A model generated the notes under the pieces. That model made no database searches and was not told the DNA's origin. It saw nothing but the letters and a program-made list of their open reading frames with translations. DNA of 64,000 nucleotides from Hyaloraphidium curvatum SAG 235-1 (lineage: Eukaryota; Fungi; Monoblepharomycota): assembly GCA_025558095.1 (NCBI GenBank), contig JAIVFI010000016.1:620001-684000 (forward strand). Reading direction: 5' to 3'. Below are positions 58,389 through 64,000 of this stretch, one piece after another. Position 1 is the first letter of the stretch. Each line of letters starts with the position of its first letter. Made by a program: the position numbers and the translations under genes.

Positions 58389-58950
58389 ATGGGCGGCGAC
58401 AACGTCAAGGCGCTCGTGACCAAGGCCGACTTCGACGCCTTCATCCAGGCGAACCCCAAGGTGCGCTGCCCCGCCGCCCGCGCGGCCAACAGGCGGCCGC
58501 CGCCCCCGCCCCGCCGCCCGCCGCCCCCCGCCGGCCGGATCTCTGAGACGCGCGTGCCGCGGGCGCCGGCGGCCGCGGCCCCTGCGGGATGGGCATCGGA
58601 CCCCGCTCACCGCCCGCCCCCGCAGGTCCTCGTCGACTTCTGGGCAACGTGGTGCGGCCCGTGCCGCGCCATCTCGCCGTACGTCGAGGAGCTCGCCGGC
58701 CCCAAGGGCGGCTACACAGGCACGATCGTCTTTGCCAAGGTCGACGTGGACGAGAACGAGGAGGCCGCGGGCGAGGCCGGCATCTCGGCCATGCCCACCT
58801 TCCAGACCTACCACGTGGGCGATGTCGGGCTCCTGGCCTTGCGGGTTGCGCTGACGCGGTCCGGTGCAGAAAGGGAAGAAGGTCGGCGAGGTCATCGGCG
58901 CCAGCAAGGAAAAGGTCAAGGCGCTCGCCGACGCACTGGTCAAGCTCTAG
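58389..58950 (+). CDS. TRX: Thioredoxin (2 introns)
   Basis: VDFWATWCGPC, FAKVDVDE, ISAMPTF, EVIGA. Confidence 0.95.
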
Positions 58951-59012
58951 GCGCCCGTGCCGTGTGCCGGAAGAGGCCAATTTATTCGTAGTTGCGCGTC
59001 GGTGCCGGCCCG

Positions 59013-60098
59013 TCACGAGATCACCTCCCACGACGACCCGTCGACGTCGTCTTCGCCCGCCCCGGGCCCTCCGGCCTTTCCGCCCGCCGGTGCCGCCCCG
59101 CCCTTGCCCATCTCCCTGTCCTTTTTCTCCCGGTCCTTGATCAGCCCCATCACCTGCACCATGTTGAGCCCACCGGGCCCAAACACCTTTTCCGGGTCCT
59201 TCCCCGCGGGCGCGTGCCTCACCACCGCCCCCCTCTCGCCCAGCTCCGCCAGGTGCACCCTCACGGCCCCGCGCACCGCGTCCCCCTCGATCCCGAGCTT
59301 CTTCGCCACGGCATCCACGACCGTCCGCGTGGGAACGAGCTTCCCGGCGCCCTGCGCCTTGATCGCCGCGACCACCGCCCTCCCCAGCGCCTCGTGCGCC
59401 TCGAGCGCGCGTTCGAGGACCGTCGCGGGGCCCTCGTGCGGCAGCACGGGGGTGCCGTGCAGGGGGAGGAGGAAGTAAGGGAAGAGCTGCAGGAGGGAAG
59501 CGAGGGTCGCGGCGTGGCCGCGGGCGGTGGAGAGGGAAAGAGCGGACAGGGAGAGGGCGGGGAGGTCGGCGAAATCGGGGGGCAGGGGCCGGGAGAATGC
59601 GGCATCGCCGGAGAAGAGGGCGCCCTCGGATTCGAGGAAGAAGGCGAAGCCGTCGTCGTGCGCGCCCGGGGCGGCGAGGCACCGCACCCGCTCCCCTCCC
59701 ACCTCCACCTTCGTCCCATCCTCGAGCTTCTCCTCGCCCCTGCCCGCGGGCCGTCCCCTGCGCACCGTCGCACGGGGGAACTCCCGGAGCAGCGCCGCCA
59801 GGCCCCCCGCCGAGTCCGGGCCGCCCGTCAGCAGCACCCCCTGCAGCTCGCCCTCCCCCACGGCCTCCCTGACGGCGGCGGACAGCGGCGGCGGGCCGAC
59901 GACGTACGGCCCCGTGTCGATGAGCAGGTGCGGCCGCGGGCCGGGGGCGGGCGGGTGCACGAGGTACGCGTTGGAGGAGGGGAGGGCGAGGCGGGTGATG
60001 CGGGGGGTGAGGGGGCGGAGGAGCGTGGAGAGGCGGCGCAAATGAGGAGAGAGGGGTGGCGCCAAGCCGAGAAGCGGCGGAGTTTGGAGGAGGAGCAT
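59013..60098 (-). CDS. LACTB2-like metallo-beta-lactamase-fold protein with a degenerate metal site
   Basis: NAYLV, LLIDTG, LFSGD, PLHG and a winged-helix-like C-terminus; HxHxDH replaced by TGGPDSAGG. Confidence 0.8.
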   Translation of the reverse strand: MLLLQTPPLLGLAPPLSPHLRRLSTLLRPLTPRITRLALPSSNAYLVHPPAPGPRPHLLIDTGPYVVGPPPLSAAVREAVGEGELQGVLLTGGPDSAGGLAALLREFPRATVRRGRPAGRGEEKLEDGTKVEVGGERVRCLAAPGAHDDGFAFFLESEGALFSGDAAFSRPLPPDFADLPALSLSALSLSTARGHAATLASLLQLFPYFLLPLHGTPVLPHEGPATVLERALEAHEALGRAVVAAIKAQGAGKLVPTRTVVDAVAKKLGIEGDAVRGAVRVHLAELGERGAVVRHAPAGKDPEKVFGPGGLNMVQVMGLIKDREKKDREMGKGGAAPAGGKAGGPGAGEDDVDGSSWEVIS

Positions 60099-60654
60099 CG
60101 GGAATGGGGGTTCGAGGGGAGGGAAGGCGGGGCGAGATCCGAGTGCGCCCCGGGGCGTTCGCTCTGCTCCGAAAGAGCAATCGCCCTTCCGCCGCCCGGA
60201 GTCTATCTTGAAGCACAATTGCCGGTTCAATTGGAGGTTGACGGTCCCATATCTCGCGCAGAAAGGGCGGGCTCGCCGTTTCAGGATCGCGCTTGCGATG
60301 GTCTCAGAGGCACACCCGTCCGTTTAGTTGTCCCTGGGCGCCCCTGGCGCCGCGGATGGCGAGCGCCCCGCGTTTCGAGCGCATTCACGTTGCCGGATAA
60401 CTGCGCGGTCACGCCGCGCCGTCGGAGGCGGGACTCGACGGAGGGGGACGGCGGCCGCGGGTCCCCGCGTCCCTCCGGAGCCGCGCGGCAGTCTACGCAT
60501 TCACGCCGGCGGCGCGCCGACTGCCCGCTCTGCTCCACTGGGACATTTGAATCTTTGGCCGGGCGGCTGCCTCGCTGCTCCGGGGCCGCTTTAGGAGGAC
60601 ATAAGCGCGTCGGCGCGGCCGCTGGCCTTGATTCCCTCGACCCAAACATCGAAC

Positions 60655-62619
60655 ATGCTGCCGACGGCCCCCATGCTGCCGACGGCGCCCGCAGGCGACG
60701 TGCCGCGCACCTCGTCGGCGCCGCCGACCGCCATGCCGCCGATCGCCGCCGCCGCCGCGACGCCCTCGCCGCTCTTCTCGGCGTGGCGCGACGGCCCGGC
60801 CTGGCGCGAGGGCTCGGCGCCCATGGCCGTCGACGGCTCCGCCGTCTCGTCGCCCGGCCTCTTCTACTTCGACGACCCGCGCGACGAGTCGGGCTCCGAC
60901 TCGGAGATGGAGGACGACGCGTCGGCATCGGACTCGTCGCGGCGCATGAGCGGCGTCGTGCGCGGGGACAGGCGCCCCTCGCGGCCCGCGGCATTCTTCT
61001 CCGTGCCGGGCGGCGCGCAGGGCGTGCAGCCGATCGCCGCCGGCGCGCCCGGCAACTCGGACGACAGGCTGGTCGGCTCGCCGTACCGCGGCAACGGCAT
61101 CGTGCTCGGCTCGCCGGGGAGGTTCCAGGCGCCCAACCCGAACCACTGGGCCCGCATGCACGTGGTGCCACTCACCGAGGGGTTCAACCCGCGGAGATCG
61201 TTCTCGTTCTCGGGCGAGATGGCCGAGGGCGCGCGGCGCGAGAGGTCCGCCTCGGTCGGCGAGCCGGGCAACTCGCAGTCCAACAACTCGGCCGGCAGCG
61301 GCGGCACCCCCACCCCCCCGCTGCAGCCTCCCGCCGGCAGCGGCGGCCCGCACACACCCTCGCACACGCGCAGCAAATCCATGTCGCACACCCAGCCCGG
61401 CTACCAGGCCCCCGACCTGCCCGTGCACCCCGCGCTCTCGGCCTCGGCAATCACCCCGCACCCGCGCAAGAACCGCATCTCGGCGCTGCTCCACGAGGAC
61501 ACGCAGGAGCACGAGATCGAGCACGAGAGGGGGGTCACCTGGCTGCTCAAGCGGCAGCTCGGGATGCTCGGCATGGGCGGGCCCGCCGAGGCGCCGCAGC
61601 TCTCGCCGCACCCGGCCGTCAAGACCCCCGCGCGGCGGGCATCTTCCGTGCGCGAGCCGCGGATGGAGTTCATCCCCCTCGCCCCGCCGACCTCGGACTC
61701 GGTCGATGACGGCGCATCCGAGACGGCCCCCTCGACCGCCGGCCGCTCGGACCCCTCGCTCCCCTTCCCCCTCCCCCCGGCCCACGCCGAGCCCGAAGAC
61801 CTCGACGACGCCGACACGGCGTCGATGCGGTCCGCGTCGGCGTCGCAGGAACCGCTCACCCCGCGGTCGGACCGCGAGCTCGAACCGCTGGCGGCGGTGC
61901 GGGGAACGAGGAGGAGGGAGAGCTTCCTGGTGGACGAGGAGGAGCTGCTCGAGGCGCACGCCTTTTCGCCCACGCACCAGGCGTTTTCGCTGCGCATGTC
62001 GCCGATCCCCAACTCGCAGCTCAAGATGCCGCTCAACTACGTGTCCAAGACGTCCAAGCTCAATCCCGAGAACAATGTGGGCGCCCCCCCGCCGCCCCGG
62101 ACCTTTCGATCCCGCTGACGTCCGCCCCAGTTCCTGCAGCGCCAGACCTCGGTCTTTGCCATGCCCCTCTCCGAGCCCTCCTCCTCGGCCCTCTTCACCG
62201 GCCCCGAACCCGTCTCCCCCGCCCTCCCCAACCCGTACTTTGCCCGCGTCATGGAATCCTCCACCGGCCCCGGCAAGCGCAAGCGCGCCGCCTCCCAATC
62301 CACCGAGAACGGCGAGCCCGAGCCCGGCGGGCGGCGGTACGAGCCCTACGCCAAGCGGCACCACCGCAGCCTCTCGGGGTCGTGGGACCGCATGGGGTCC
62401 CCCGGCGGCAGCCCCTCCCAGGCGAACGCGCAGCCGCTGCGGGAGATGCCGCCCCCGGAGCCCGGGCCGCCCTCGGCGGGGGTCAGCAGCCCACGGCTGA
62501 TACCGCAGGTCACGACCTCGGGGGGCTTCACGGGGGCGATGCTCAACCTGACCGAGGCGCAGGAGCTGGCGAGCAGGTGGAGCATCGGGGGGAAGGAGAA
62601 AGGGATGATGGAGGAATGA
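60655..62619 (+). CDS. Hypothetical low-complexity Ser/Pro-rich protein (intron about 62078-62139)
   Basis: 496-aa and 152-aa ORFs joinable by a GT-AG intron; NLS-like GKRKR. Confidence 0.65.
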
Positions 62620-63224
62620 TGCGTGCAGCGGTAACGGCGGTTGGGGGGCGGTTGTCGCCTTGCGGTCGGGCTTTCGTTGCTGCGGGGCGGGTCGGGTTGC
62701 CGTGGGTGATGTGCTGGGTGCTTGGTTTCGCGGCGTGTCGTTTTCATCATGATCCTGAGCGATCCGCACGGCTTCGGTGGAGGCGTTCCGTCCGGGAATT
62801 GTTTGGTCGGGATTCGGGTCAAACCCCGCCGGATGGGGCACGGGGAACTTGTGGTCAACCTGCAATCCGACGCACCATGATCGGGTGGCGTCAGAGCACT
62901 TGTCCGTGCGGACGGCAGCCGTCCGACAAGGTGCCAGCATTGCTTCGACGCTCCGATCGGTACATTCGTCACCGAGTGAGCCTCTTCGTCCCCGGACGCA
63001 GGTCAAACGTGCCGCCAAGCCGGATGTCGGCAGCCCGCACGTTGATGCCCCTGGAATGACGCCCTTGCAGTCCCGACAGATATTCCGAAGATAGGTGATG
63101 GGTGCGGAGGGATTGTCGCGATGCTGTGTCCCCGATCGGTTGGCTGGGGTGCGGCAACCGGCCGGAGCCGGCCGCGCTAAAGCCGCCCAGGGTCTCTAAC
63201 CTTCCACGCCAGGGGACCACCGCC

Positions 63225-64000
63225 ATGGCCCGTGCCATGGCCGCCGTCGCCGCGTCCGTGCTGCTCCTCGCCGCCTCGGCCTCGGCGCTCAACACGCTCG
63301 ACACGGTCGCAGCCATCGCCACCGGTAGGCCCATCCCCCGGCCGCGGATGGACCCGCTCATCGGCGCTTCACAGGGTCGCAGAGCAAGCCGTACTCGCTG
63401 GCCACGCTCAATGCCGCGCTGCAGATCCTGCCGGCCATCCGTTCAGTGCGTGTGCGTCCTTCATCGCCCCGCGACGGGGCCAACGTGCTTTTCCCCTCGA
63501 TCCATCAGCTCCTGGCCGGCAACGTCACCTTCTTCGCGCCGACTGACGAAGCCTTCGCGGCCCTCGCGCAGTTCTACGCGGACCGGCCGCCCGCCGTGCC
63601 CGAAATCGACCTCGCCTCCCCCGACGTCGGGCGGGCCATCCTGCGCTTCCACATCTACGATCCGTTCGACAACTACACAGCCATCGTCCCGTCCAAGCTG
63701 GAAGCCGGCGAATCCCAAGGGCTCACGTCTCTGAACCCGCAGGTCGCGGGGCTCTGGTGGCGGAACAACAGCGGCATCGCCGACCTCACGTACAGTGGGT
63801 TCGGCAGAGCGCCGCGGCACAAGCGCCTCTTTAATCACGGGATCAGCTTCGCCAAATGTCTATTTCCCCCAGGTCTACCCTCTGGAGACCATTCGCACCG
63901 ATTCGGGTCTCCTCATCCCCGTTGGAAGCGTCATGGTGCCGCCTTACTGCGCGGACACGTCGTTCCAGTACGACACTTCGATAACAGAGTCGTTCCGCAT
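63225..64000 (+). CDS. Secreted fasciclin (FAS1) domain protein, runs off window
   Basis: caccgccATGG start context; signal peptide; NVTFFAPTDEAFAAL (H1 motif), ILRFHI. Confidence 0.85.

Noticed and set aside
58640-58670. Atypical or Sec-containing thioredoxin
   Set aside because: Canonical WCGPC
58992-63018. Very long overlapping ORFs (905 aa, 841 aa; similarly 3233-4999, 43767-45746)
   Set aside because: Arg/Pro/Gly-rich shadow or antisense frames expected at this GC content; no motifs
1-64000. CRISPR array, rRNA, tRNA, transposase or viral hallmark genes
   Set aside because: None recognised by eye; only short coding tandem repeats seen

Overview
GC-rich, gene-dense eukaryotic genomic DNA with short GT-AG spliceosomal introns (mostly about 50-60 nt, CTGAC/CTCAC-type branch points). 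A Zn2Cys6 transcription factor and ISN1 point to a fungus; an early-diverging, Monoblepharidomycete-like lineage is my inference only. I can support about 40 protein-coding genes; most six-frame ORFs are GC shadow ORFs. I saw no rRNA, tRNA, CRISPR array or transposase. Most interesting observations: (i) a 7-TM protein with the topology and C-terminal signature of the insect gustatory/odorant receptor / DUF3537 (7TMIC) ion-channel superfamily; (ii) an intronless, secreted, bacterial-type NlpC/P60 papain-like enzyme next to a BtuE-type glutathione peroxidase, a low-GC NYN RNase-CCCH gene and a GFA gene, forming a candidate defence/HGT island; (iii) a bacterial-type sulfotransferase with one in-frame TAG before its conserved C-terminal motif; (iv) two degenerate enzymes (an MBL without its Zn ligands and a crotonase lacking GGxE); (v) an intron-containing RutG-like permease. 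Exon boundaries were read by eye and are approximate.
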